A DNA stretch of 63,772 nucleotides, counting the filler, from Aduncisulcus paluster (taxonomy: Eukaryota): the NCBI GenBank assembly GCA_024181965.1. It is 11 parts of 11 records of this genome, joined end to end, with 100 filler letters (N's around TTAATTAATTAA, not from the genome) between each part and the next. Parts side by side here need not be neighbours in the genome. Positions count along the whole stretch, not along the records: positions 45,575 to 47,843 come from BQXS01000060.1; positions 47,944 to 50,274 come from BQXS01000061.1; positions 50,375 to 62,071 come from BQXS01000062.1; 8 more parts are not named here. The stretch is one strand, 5' to 3'. The notes under the pieces are model-generated. The model ran no database searches. It was not told where the DNA came from and worked only from the letters and a program-made list of their open reading frames with translations. The translations under genes were made by a program, and so were the position numbers. The stretch's first letter is position 1. Every line of letters begins with the position of its first letter. This document shows, one piece after another, positions 47,536 to 59,693 of this stretch.

Positions 47536-47735
47536 TTATTTCTTGATTCCTAATAATTCAACATCAAATATGAGAGTAGAATCAGGTGGAATAGAATCGC
47601 CAGCTCCACGGGCACCATAACCATAATCAGGATCGATTTGATTACAATCGTGGCTCTTTCACCAACACTTAATGTAAGAAAGGCTTCATCACAAACACTG
47701 ATAACCATACCCATTCCAACTGCAAATTCAAAAAC
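47536..47735 (-). pseudogene. FKBP-type peptidyl-prolyl isomerase fragment, frameshifted
   Basis: [32 protein letters not shown], then a 5-nt insertion, then [32 protein letters not shown]; conserved Trp replaced by Cys; not in the ORF track. Confidence 0.85.
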
Positions 47736-48534
47736 CTACGATATCACTTTCCATGATTGTCACATTGTCAATCTGGGGTGAAATAGCACAAAGCTCAGTA
47801 TTAAATGTATCAGATGATCAGGATCTGGCATTGAAGTTGGAGTNNNNNNNNNNNNNNNNNNNNNNNNNNNNNNNNNNNNNNNNNNNNTTAATTAATTAAN
47901 NNNNNNNNNNNNNNNNNNNNNNNNNNNNNNNNNNNNNNNNNNNCTTCATTTTCTCCAGGCGGACTCCGCCCAAACCGGGAGTTTGGAACTTCCAAACAGA
48001 AAACAGGCTTGAAGCCTTCCATATCTGAGATAGATAGACACATAGGCGACGTAAGAAGAGGGCTCATAACCTTGGGATTTTGTCACTTTAGAATCCAATA
48101 TATAAATAAAACAGGGACTTATGAAACGATTTTGTATCAGGAGTGGAGTCACAAGGATGGCATGCAACATATGATAGAAAGAAAATGTTCATATATTTTT
48201 ATGTATATATTATGCGATATCAATTTCCAAGGTTGTCAATCGAGGGTTGTAAGTTTGGTGGCCATCTTTTCCCGCTTTTAGAGCAAATTGTATGTTTAAT
48301 ATATGTCACATCTTTTATTAAATGTATATTAAGAAATATTTTAACCGGATTCATTCAATTATACTCACTATATTATGCTGTGTGGTCGTTTCTTGTTCGT
48401 TTTGTTCGTTTTGTCTTTGTTTCTCGGACTGTTTTCCTTGAAATTCGCATTTATTCTGTTTGTTCACAAATACTAATATTATTATTATTCTGCTTGTTTT
48501 TATTCTTTAGATAAGAAGTTCTATCTCTATTCAA

Positions 48535-50274
48535 ATGAGTTCATCCACAGATGCTGTTATTCAAACTGTGGAACCTGAGTTTGTTCATGGGGGAGATTAT
48601 TATTGCTGTCCAATTCCTCGAGATGCCCCCAATGTTAAGAGTGCAGCATTTCCAACTATCAAAGCAATAGATGGGACCAAGAAAGAAGGTGGTTATCACT
48701 ATGATCAGAGTTCTAATGCACAACAGATGATGCAAGGAGAGTTTAATTTAGGAAATATAACCCATATTTACATTCCTTTTTCCTCATCTTCCCCAATGAA
48801 AGGGGCTTATATATGTCTTGATGGTGATTCTTCTTATTGGACGTCACCTCCATCGCACCTTATCTTCACTCTCACATCTTCAAAGGGTGAGAAAACATCC
48901 AAGAAATACGATTTTCCTGAATTTGAAGATGAACATTGGTATTTCCTTCCTGTTGATCTCCCTGATGTTGTTCTGTGTGAGATTACAGGGAAAGGAAGAG
49001 AGAAAGAGTTTTTTGGAATCGAATCCCTTGTTTTCATTAGTAGAGAAGAAACTCCTGAAGAACTCAAATCTCGTGAAGCCAGAGAGAAACTATGGTCTGA
49101 AGCTCAAGTTGTGAAACCAGAGTTTGTTAAAGGAGGATATATCGATCTGTTTGGTAAAGGTAGAGATTCTATTCCCATTCCACGAGATGATCCAAAGCTG
49201 GTAGATCCTTCGTTCTCAATGGTTAAGTGCAAGAATGATGCGTTTTGTAAGGAATCTAAGGGGTATGATCAGAGTTTAAGAGCACAAAAAATGTTAAAAG
49301 GGGAAGATTCTATTAGCTTATCCCATCTTTCCATCCCTTTCCCATCACCTAGTCCAATGAAAGGTGCTTATATCTGTGTGGATCAGAGTCGGAGTTCTCC
49401 CTCTCTTCACTTTCACTGATTGTGATGGTAAGAAGACATTCAAGAAGTATGAATTCACAGAACCTGAACATATATTTGAGTGGAACTTCCTTCCTATTGA
49501 TTTGGATAATGTTGTATTGTGTGAGCTTGAAGGGAAAGGAAAGTGGTGTAATAAGAATAGTCGAAATTTCAGGATCAACTCCCTTGTTTTCCTTCGAGGT
49601 GATGATATTCCCACCTCTCCTCATCCTCTTCTTCCTCCTGTTCCTGTTCCTTCCAGTTCCTCCAAGACACCCACATCAACTTTGTCTTTGCCATCAAAAC
49701 CTATGAAAGAAGAAGCTGTGAAAGAAGAAAAAGAGATATAGACAGAATCTCTGCCATCAAAACGTGTTAAGGAACCTCTGAAAGAAGCTTTGCCTGTGAA
49801 AGAAGAAGAAGAAGAAATTGTTATTAAAGGAAATGATAAGGATCCAAGACCAAAAGACACCAAACCGAAGAAACATACGGATAAAAAGAAACATAACCCC
49901 AAGGATGGCAAGCCCAAGTATAACCCCAAGCACGACTCGCTAACACTGACATCTGCATCCACGCTGACTTCACAGTGCATCATTGGCAGTGGTGGGTTCG
50001 GAGAGGTTCTTCTTGTTCTTATTGATGGCATTCCTTTCCCATGTGTTCTGAAGAAGATGCTTCGGATTGCGGACAAAACTGTTGTGAAAGGGTGTCGGAA
50101 GGAGTTTAAAGTGCAACTCAAGTTGTTTAACAATCCCAAATGTTTCAACCATATCCCACGTCCTCTGTATATCCTTGACCTGCTTGATTGCGATATGAAA
50201 GGTGTGTATGGCTTCCTGATGGAGTTCTGTGTTGGAGGCAGTGTGAGTGCGTTTGCCAAGCGTTGGTGTGCTGA
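48535..50274 (+). pseudogene. Two DOC-like domains, Pro/charged linker and protein kinase N-lobe; disrupted and truncated
   Basis: Close paralog of 46113..47249; 5-nt deletion near 49405 and in-frame TAG at 49739-49741; kinase IGSGGFGEV, VLKK, LMEFC. Confidence 0.8.
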
Positions 50275-50374
50275 NNNNNNNNNNNNNNNNNNNNNNNNNN
50301 NNNNNNNNNNNNNNNNNNTTAATTAATTAANNNNNNNNNNNNNNNNNNNNNNNNNNNNNNNNNNNNNNNNNNNN

Positions 50375-51572
50375 CTGGACTCGCTCTCGGGCCTTATGAA
50401 CACTCATACGTTTACCAATATCAACCTTTGTTAAACCCTCAAACACATCATTCAGACACTCAAAAACAGGTGTATATTTCCCACCTTCAATGGTCTGAAG
50501 AGATCTGAAAAGACAAGAATTGGAGAGTTTAGGTCCAAGTCCTTCCAAAATACTGTTCCTTAACTTTGTGGCGAATTCTACTCTGTTTTTCAATCCTTGT
50601 AAAACAGGAGAATGGAAGAAAGGATCACAACCTTCGAAAACGGCAAGGATAGTCATTCCAAGAGAGTATGCATCACTTTCCTGGCTATGCATCCCTTGAA
50701 GGGCTTCACAAGAATTGTACACAAGTGTCCCACAAATTGAAGGGTCTTCTTTGTGAGGTTGAGAAGAAGAGGATGATAGCAAAGTTGAAGAGGCAAAACT
50801 TTTGACAACGGAGGAAGAAGATATTGAATTCTGAATCTGAGCAATACCAAGATCAGAGAGAACAATTGTACATTTTTTGGATTCGGGGTCAGCACGGACA
50901 AGAAAGTTATCAGGTTTTATGTCACGATGGATCAATCTTGGTTTAGCCGTGAATACATCGTCAAGACATTCAATCATCCCTACACAAAGAGCACTTACCT
51001 TAACAGGGTTAAGTAACATCGAATCAAAGTGGATATGAATTGAAGACGCGTCGGAACTTGAATCAGAGCTTGAATCATCAGAATCTTCCCTCTCTTCAAC
51101 TCTAATATATCTGTTATCAGCACACCAACCCTTGGCAAATGCACGTACACTACCACCAAGACAAAATTCCATCAAAAATCCATAAACACCTTTGAAATCG
51201 CTATCGAGAAGATCAAGAATATACAGAGGGCGCGGTATTCGGTTGAAACATTTTGGATTATTAAACAACTTTCGTTGCATTTTAAACTCCTTTCGACAAC
51301 CTTTTATAACTCTATGATCAGCAACACGCAACATCTTCTTCAGAACGCACAGAAAAGGAATATCATCAATTTTAACAAGAAGAACCTCTGCAAAACCACC
51401 GCTGCCAATGATGCACTGAGGTAAAATAGTTGCCAGTGAAGTTAGAGTAAATGAGTCACGCTTAGGTACATGTTGTCTAGCCCCCTGAAAAAAAAAAAAA
51501 AAAGCTATTAGCCTGATAATAAGAACAAAAGAATCAACAAAACCAAAAACAAAGCCATACTTCTAGACTCAT
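50375..51572 (-). CDS. Lineage-expanded protein kinase, 3'-truncated
   Basis: GSGGFAEV, VLKK, IHRDIKPDN, DLG, GTLVYNSCE, SDAYSLG; predicted intron 51485-51560 (GTATGG...TCAG) links MSLE to GARQHVPKRDS. Confidence 0.85.
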
Positions 51573-51919
51573 GATATCCTGAGAATTGACACATGTTAAG
51601 TTTAGAAGCAGATAATAGCACAATTCTATACAGTGAGAATTTTGGACACAATAATATTCATGAAATAAACCATTGATCGTCGAAAAAAAACAAAACAAAC
51701 ATACAATTTAAATAATAGAATTCCTTTCAGAGAAAATGCAACATTTGTTCTAACTGGGTTGGAGGATCGTAAAAAACAACAAAACAACATAAAATAGATA
51801 ACTAATCAAGAAATAATTTCTTTGACAACGAGAAATAACTAGAATAGAACTTACAATTGATTTTTGTCTTAAGACAATGTCTTTTTGGTTGGTTTGACCT
51901 AGTCAACATATATTTGTGA

Positions 51920-54900
51920 ATGTATTTTGGACAATCTAGAATATTTATTTTATTTTTATTTTTTATATTTTTACTTTTTTGTTTTATTCACTGTGAAGGT
52001 AATACATCTCTGAAAAACGAGTTTGTTTCAAAATACATTGATCCTAATGTTTCAATAAGTGAAGAATATGCGACAGTTCCAGATAATGCTCTTCTTCAAG
52101 CACTGTGTAACTATGCTGGTCTCATAACTCCTTGTTCAAACATCACTGTCGCTGAGATTAATAGTATCTCTTCAAATCCACTTGACCTCGCAAATCTTTC
52201 AATATCTAATATTTCTGGCTTGGAACACCTTTCAACTTCTATCAATGAAATTTTGTTGCAGGAAAATTTTTATCTTGTTGACCTTGCTCCCATTTCTTCT
52301 CTTTCCGGCCTTTCTTCATTGAATTTATCCAATACTTCCGTGTATAATTTGAGCCCTATTTCTAATTTGAATTCGTTAACTTCATTATTTCTCGTCTCAT
52401 GCCCAATTGATTACACTACCTTTAATTTTTCGTATTCTCTTGAAGTTTTGGATATTTCTGATACTGGAACCATTGATCTTTCTGTTTTAGAAACATTTAC
52501 TGATCTATCGGTTTTAATTCTTGATAATTGTGACATTTTGAATGAAGATCTGAATGATTTCTTCAATTCTTTCCCTTTTCCAGTTCTGGATATTCTATCA
52601 CTCTCTGGTCTTAATCTTGAATACATACCCGAATTTCATGAGGATACTTCCAATATTACCAGTGTTGACCTCTCTGACAACTCAATTGTGGATCTTCTCC
52701 CATTGATTGATCATGATAGTTTGGTGGAATTATCTGTGAGTAATAACCTTATTATAGATCCCACTCCATTGTTTCTTGAGCCCTATTTCTAATTTGAATT
52801 CGTTAACTTCATTATTTCTCGTCTCATGCCCAATTGATTACACTACCTTTAATTTTTCGTATTCTCTTGAAGTTTTGGATATTTCTGATACTGGAACCAT
52901 TGATCTTTCTGTTTTAGAAACATTTACTGATCTATCGGTTTTAATTCTTGATAATTGTGACATTTTGAATGAAGATCTGAATGATTTCTTCAATTCTTTC
53001 CCTTTTCCAGTTCTGGATATTCTATCACTCTCTGGTCTTAATCTTGAATACATACCCGAATTTCATGAGGATACTTCCAATATTACCAGTGTTGACCTCT
53101 CTGACAACTCAATTGTGGATCTTCTCCCATTGATTGATCATGATAGTTTGGTGGAATTATCTGTGAGTAATAACCTTATTATAGATCCCACTCCATTGTT
53201 TCTTTTGGGTTCACAGTTTGAAAACCTCTCTATCAGTTATAACCATATATGTGGAATGGATGCAGCTTGGTTGACTTCCTATATGAAATCTGGTTCTTCT
53301 CTTGTTATTCAGGATGACATATTGGAGCAAACGTGTGATTGTGCCACCAAATATCCATGTTATGAATCATTTGCGACCGACTTTGTCGTGTGTAAGACTA
53401 TCCAGAATGAGTTCTGGGCAGCATGTGCTTCAGTGGCTTATTACAACGCTCCACCGACAACTTCTTATTACAATGAACCACTTTCTTTCACTGACATATT
53501 ATTCACATGTAATTACAATGAACAATTTGCGATAAATGTTGTTGATCGATCATATGATAGAGAATGCTCAAGTGCTTCATGTTCCTCCCTCTCTTGTATC
53601 TTTGGATGGTATGGAGATGAATGTGACGATCCATGTCCCATCACTTCAGCCATTTTTGCTGCTGGACATTCGCATTGTGTTGATGATATTGATGAACTTG
53701 GTACTATTTGCCATGATACCGAACATTATTGTGAATGCGGTGATGGATTAATCGGTAACTCATGCAATATTCTTCAAATTTCGGACCAACATCTTCAAAA
53801 TGGCCTTTCCAATAATCTTTATTCTTCTTCTTGGTCATCGATCTATGTTTATGATCTTTACGATTTCTCTGACCATCTTGACCTTAATAATCTGTTCATC
53901 ACCGATATTCAGGGGCTTAGATTTGCTTCTAATGTCCCATCAATCGATTTGGGAAGTAATTCTGATCTTTCCGATATTTCCGAGCTCAATCTCATCCCCC
54001 ATCCAAAGCTTGAGGCATTGAATCTTCGTGATGTGATGATTATGGACTTGAATATAGCTCTGTCAAACTTATATGAACAAATAATTGAATTACATTTGAC
54101 TATGTCTTTTACTGATGATGAGGATGATGAATGGAACGTTATCGAACAGATCGAACCTTTTGTTAACCTTCAAAGCCTTGGTTTGTATGATGGAGACTCT
54201 TACCTTGAATCTGAAAGCCCCGTATTTATTCAAGATTATGTTGAAACGCTGACATCTGTAACCTTTGATAATGTGCCATATTATGATTTGTCTCCTTTTT
54301 ATCTCCTCCGTGACTCGCTTCAGTTCTTAGATATTTCAAATACCCGAATCAATTTTGATTATGATGATTATCCAAATGAAATTGAAGCATTCCGTTCCCA
54401 CTTTGCAACTCAGGACACTCTTGAGNNNNNNNNNNNNNNNNNNNNTAATTGAATTACATTTGACTATGTCTTTTACTGATGATGAGGATGATGAATGGAA
54501 CGTTATCGAACAGATCGAACCTTTTGTTAACCTTCAAAGCCTTGGTTTGTATGATGGAGACTCTTACCTTGAATCTGAAAGCCCCGTATTTATTCAAGAT
54601 TATGTTGAAACGCTGACATCTGTAACCTTTGATAATGTGCCATATTATGATTTGTCTCCTTTTTATCTCCTCCGTGACTCGCTTCAGTTCTTAGATATTT
54701 CAAATACCCGAATCAATTTTGATTATGATAATTATCCAAATGAAATTGAAGCATTCCGTTCCCACTTTGCAACTCAGGACACTCTTGAGATCATTGCCAG
54801 TGGAAATCGTGCTTCTACAAGCAACAATACGTTTCCTTTATTGTCCTTGAACGAGCGACTATATTGGATACCTTCCGAATACCGTGTTTGTTGCACTGAA

Positions 54901-57684
54901 ACATCTTATCTCGATGCTCGGACCATGAATCCTCTTGCGCTGTCTGGAGATATTTCGTGTATATTCATTGATCCATTTGAAAACTTAGAGCTCCATGATC
55001 AGTGTTTTGGATTATCGCTTGAGAACAAAATGTGTGTTGGTGTTACTGATGATGGCACTGTTGATGATGTGTTCATCGAGTGTATCTCGAGGCATTATGG
55101 GGAGAATTGTGATTCATGTGTGTTGGATGAGGTTGGGAATATATGTCCAAATATCGGCGAATGTAATATTAATAATTATAAAATTAGTGATTTTAAATGT
55201 GGTTGTCAGCCTGAAGATGAGGCGGGAATTCGGTGTAACCCAGACTATCGATATTCAGTGTTCTCTTTAACAAATGATTATGACCTTGCTGTAGCATTAT
55301 GTGTTGGTATGGGATATTATTTCTGTAGCTATCGGTACACAGATCAAGAAACAATTGAATCACTGGTGTTGTATTCAGATTTTCCCATCGTTGAAAAGCT
55401 GGAATACCCTTCATCGTCAGATCCCTCACATTTATTTGTTGCAAACCAACTCAAAGTCCTGAGTTTTGAAGAAGGAACTCATCTAGAAGATCTTTCATTT
55501 ATTGCTCGAATGTGGCACTTGCGATCCCTTGATCTTGGTAATGTTCAGGGCATAAATAAGTCAATGTTTGAAGGGCTTGTGCAAGCTGTTTTGGATCGTT
55601 CCCTTGAAATGGAATTGGATGATAACTACAGTGCCTCTGAGACATATTGTTTTGGGTCCTGTCACCTGAGGTATCTAAACTTATCAGGACAGAGCCTCGG
55701 CCTTGACATCAACGATTCCTCAAACTCCTTCTCATCCACCTTATCCCTTGTCAATGGATTCGCCATTTGTTCTGGGGATTGTTCAAATAAGGAAGATATC
55801 TATCCTCTCGGTAAGCTCTTGACTCACGTTGACCTGTCGAGTAACTCCATCTATGATCCCTCCATCATTGGAATTCAACCATCATTCCGTCGTTTGACTC
55901 ACATTGACCTGAGTGAAAATAACATTAGTGACATTAGTCTCGTCGGAGCTCTCATTAAGAGTCTTGATTACATCCATAATCTCGATCTCTCTGGCAATAT
56001 GTTGCCCTGTGCTTCTGACAACGAATGCAATACTCTTCTCCAAGAAACAATGCCTTCAATCGATATTAGTGGTGTTACATTGACATTTGAACCTCAATAT
56101 GAGCTTGTCTGTGGAAGTGAGAGCTGTGGAGGTGATAATATGACGTGTATTGTTCAAGCTGGATCACCAACATGTGCCTGTCTGACTGGATATTATCTAT
56201 TGGGTGAGTCTTGTATTGAGGATGTTGATGGCTATTGTTCCTCTTCATGTACTGGTGAAAGAGGAATTTGTAAAGTTATTCAAGATGACACCGATTCCTC
56301 TGATTCCCCTAATCCTGTTTGTGTCTGTTCTGATGAATGGTATGGAGATGACTGTGACTTTGCATGTCCGATTGATAACGATGGCTATCTATGTGGAAAT
56401 GACCATGGATCATGTGATATTATGAGTCATTCATGCTCATGTGATGGTTATACAGGTTCTTCATGTGAGATTGAATGTGATGCTGATGTTCAGTGTAGTT
56501 CCAATGGATTATGTTCCTATTTCTCAGACGTTGAGAATGGAGAACAATTCGAAGTTTTGATATGTGAATGTGAATCTGGGTATTACGGTTCTATGTGTCA
56601 ATCCTCGGTACCCGTGGAGATATTTATAGAAAATGGATCAGTCACTGATTATATTTGTGGAAGAGATTATTCCTCTCCTTCTTCACAAGGTGATTATTCT
56701 TCCCTTGTCAATGAAATCAGTCATTCTTGCGATTGTTCAGACAATGGTTTTGCTGTGTCTGCAGAGGGATTCTGCATCGATCCTTCAACCCACCCTGATT
56801 ATAAGGATATTGATGGAAATGACACCGCCTGTGTCAGGTGTGGGATCTCAGAATTGAGTCATGGATCATGTGTTATTCATTCGAGTGGATCTGCTTTCTG
56901 TTCATGTGATTATGGGTATGGAGAAGAAGCCATAGACGATGATTCTGAATCATTTGCATCCGATACCGTCCTTTGCTCGACATTTATCTGTGGAGTATCT
57001 TCATCTCTTGACCTCGGAGCTTGCAATGGCCATGGAAGTTGTCTGTTGAACTCTCGAATGTCGTACGAATGCCAATGTGACGGTGTTTGGTCAGGAATAA
57101 GTTGTTCTTTGACATCAAATGAAACTTCACTCCTTCAATGGTTTTTGATTGTTTCAATATTTGTTCTGTGTGCTTTGATAATATCTTTGCTTGTATTTGC
57201 AGTCATACGCCGAGAAAATAAGAAATATTATCTCAAAACAACACTTCTTGACTCTGAGAATCTTGTTCAGAAAACCGATACTGAGAAAGAACGTCCTCTA
57301 AAAATAGGAGAGATGGTATTAAATCCTTCCCATTTGTCCAGGGAGAGTATCTCTGATGAGCATCTTAAAGATGATAGAATGGAAACTTTGGTTGTCGTGA
57401 CACCCCACTCAGAAAATCCTGCTTCAATGCATCCCCGTGGAATTCATACAACCCTCAGCGAGAAAGAAGATTGTGCAAGCATTGAACATGGAAAGATCGA
57501 TCCAGAGCTAAAACTTACAGAGAAAGAGGGAGAGAAAGGAAAGATAGTTATAACAAAACGAAGGAAGAAAAAGAAAGTTCAAAAGAAAAAGACCAAATCT
57601 GTAGAAATGTCTGAAATTAGAGCAGAAGATGTCATAGAGGATTCTGAGGTGTCAAAGAAGAAGAGGAGGAAGAAAAGAAAATAG
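51920..57684 (+). CDS. Large type-I membrane protein with alternating LRR and EGF-like/Cys-rich blocks
   Basis: Signal peptide, internalin-like LRRs, GWYGDECD and CNGHGSC..CQCDGVWSGISC motifs, TM helix and basic tail; three ORFs join once the duplications at 52349-53202 and 54082-54789 are removed. Confidence 0.85.
52349..53204. repeat. 427-bp tandem duplication inside the LRR gene causing a frameshift
   Basis: 52349-52775 = 52776-53202 with TT microhomology; no gap. Confidence 0.9.
54082..54789. repeat. Gap-flanking duplication (54082-54425 = 54446-54789)
   Basis: Same sequence around a 20-N gap; one mismatch seen (G54366/A54730). Confidence 0.9.
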
Positions 57685-57941
57685 TCATACCTTTTTGGGT
57701 GATTTTTTTGTCGCAAATGGATTTTTTTCTGAAGCTTCTGCGAGAATACCCTGATTTTAGGAGAGATCTTGTAAAAGATCATAAATCCTTAAATAAATGC
57801 TTTTCTAAAAGAAAACTAATCATTTCAATTAAAAGAAACAAAATTAAAACCATGACATTGGATTATATACTTGTTAGCATCTTCAATTGTGCATATTCCA
57901 GATTGACGTCTCTTTCTTGTCGATTACATTGCAGAAAATTT

Positions 57942-58883
57942 ATGTCTTATCATTTGTATTCATTTACTATTGAAGAATCTATTATTTTTGCCATTGGAAT
58001 TATCCAATGTATCTTGGTCAGCCATTTCATATCTGCGATGAGCCATAGATCTATTTCTGGTTCTTTCTTCTCTTTTCTATTTTTCTTGTTATGTGGATTG
58101 CCAACGGTTTTATTTTACGTTATTTACCCCTATATAAGGTATTTTTCAATTGAATATTCTGTGGATGACACAGCTCTCTGTCCCTTCCCAATGGTTTTAC
58201 TTTTTTTACTTCCAGATTCTTTAATATTTCTAATCGCTGCAACAACATTTTTTAGTGCCACTCTTATTATGAAAACTCAAGTTATTCCGTTGGCTACTGC
58301 TGCAATTCTTCATGATCACGATTTCCATCTTGACTCTAAAAAGCATTTCAAGGTATTTTCGGTGATTATTGGCGTATTCTATGCTTTTATATTTCTAATG
58401 GATCTTATAATGATTGGGTATGATGGTACTTGTTTTATGCTCTATCGAGATGGAGTTTTCAACACAACAGCATTTTCACTGATTGTTCCACTTTGTTTTT
58501 TGTTTTACTGGTCTAGTCAATGGACCAAACTTAATCCTAATTCATCAGGTTCTGACAGTTATAGAAATTCTATTGATGTACCTCTCTCTGTTTCTGGTTT
58601 CTTGAAAAGAGTTGAAAATCGTCCATTTTCCACATTTAAACATGGATTTAGACTTATATTTTGTGGAGTTTTGATGACTCAAATCGGGATATTTTCAAAT
58701 ACGATAGCTCTTCTTTGTGAACCTTCAACAAAAGTCAAGAATTGGTTTTACATTGGAATTGGAATTTTTGAACTTTTTTGGAGCTCTGGAATGAGCTTAT
58801 TGACTTCAACCATCAGGAAAGCACATATTGAACAAAAAAATAACGTTTTTGCAACATTTAATTTCTCGGACAAGACCAGCTAA
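57942..58883 (+). CDS. Seven-transmembrane protein (GPR137/TOM1-like)
   Basis: Seven hydrophobic segments by eye; LLFLLPDSLIF in TM3 and FELFWSS...IRK in TM7; start assumed at MSYHLY. Confidence 0.6.
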   Translation: MSYHLYSFTIEESIIFAIGIIQCILVSHFISAMSHRSISGSFFSFLFFLLCGLPTVLFYVIYPYIRYFSIEYSVDDTALCPFPMVLLFLLPDSLIFLIAATTFFSATLIMKTQVIPLATAAILHDHDFHLDSKKHFKVFSVIIGVFYAFIFLMDLIMIGYDGTCFMLYRDGVFNTTAFSLIVPLCFLFYWSSQWTKLNPNSSGSDSYRNSIDVPLSVSGFLKRVENRPFSTFKHGFRLIFCGVLMTQIGIFSNTIALLCEPSTKVKNWFYIGIGIFELFWSSGMSLLTSTIRKAHIEQKNNVFATFNFSDKTS

Positions 58884-59541
58884 TCACTTCTACTCTCTCA
58901 CTACTCTACTATACTATACTATACTATCATAGCCATCTTTCAATTGTATTAATAAGTTTATTCACTGCTATACTGTTCAAAACAAAGATACACATGTATT
59001 CGGTATCATTGAGATAACACAAATGGTTTATTGAATGGTGGAATTAGTACAGATGGTTTAAATCACGCTTTATTTTTCTCCTAGGGGAGTTTGGAAGATA
59101 GTTGGACACATAGGTGTAGGCAACGTAAGAAGAAGGCTCATAATCTCAGAGAATGGTATGGAAAGAGCAAGAGTCCGCCCATGACGAATCTGGAAGTTAG
59201 TCCAACATTGATATTCGGGAGATGAGACTTCGAGTCCACTACCAGATGAAACAAGAATGTCACCAGCTTGGAGAGTATAGTACAGATGGTCTAAATACAG
59301 CATTGACAATTCATTGAAGATCGTTCTCCCACTTCTGAACAGAAATTCGGCACTATACAATAGCATTATGTCATCAATTTAGCTTTCATGGCTCTATTTT
59401 CTTTATCCTGCAAAAAATACTATTATTTTATCTCAGATTTGAAGTAATGTGAATTCTTCAACTTCATTGAAGTCACCCTCTTCATTGAATCCATCTAATA
59501 TCAAGAGGAGAATTAGAAACACCATACAAGAACGATAACCT

Positions 59542-59625
59542 CATTATATTAGCACGTTGAGAACATTATATTAGCACGTTGAGAACATTATATTAGCACG
59601 TTGAGAACATTATATTAGCACGTTG
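59542..59625. repeat. 22-bp tandem repeat CATTATATTAGCACGTTGAGAA x3.8
   Basis: Three perfect units plus 18 nt, no spacers. Confidence 0.92.
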
Positions 59626-59693
59626 TAGTATAGTACAGTATAGAATATTCAGAAAATAAATTAGAATAATACATAAACAATTCATTGTTGGAT

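Noticed and set aside
49739-49741. In-frame TAG as evidence for a TAR=Gln code or readthrough
   Set aside because: Conserved genes here end at TAA, TAG and TGA in expected places, long ORFs have no internal TAR, and this gene also has a frameshift
49790-51572. Convergent pair of related kinases as a locus or inverted duplication
   Set aside because: They lie on different contigs separated by the spacer at 50275-50374
59542-59625. 22-bp repeats as a CRISPR array
   Set aside because: Head-to-tail with no spacers, eukaryotic context, no cas genes
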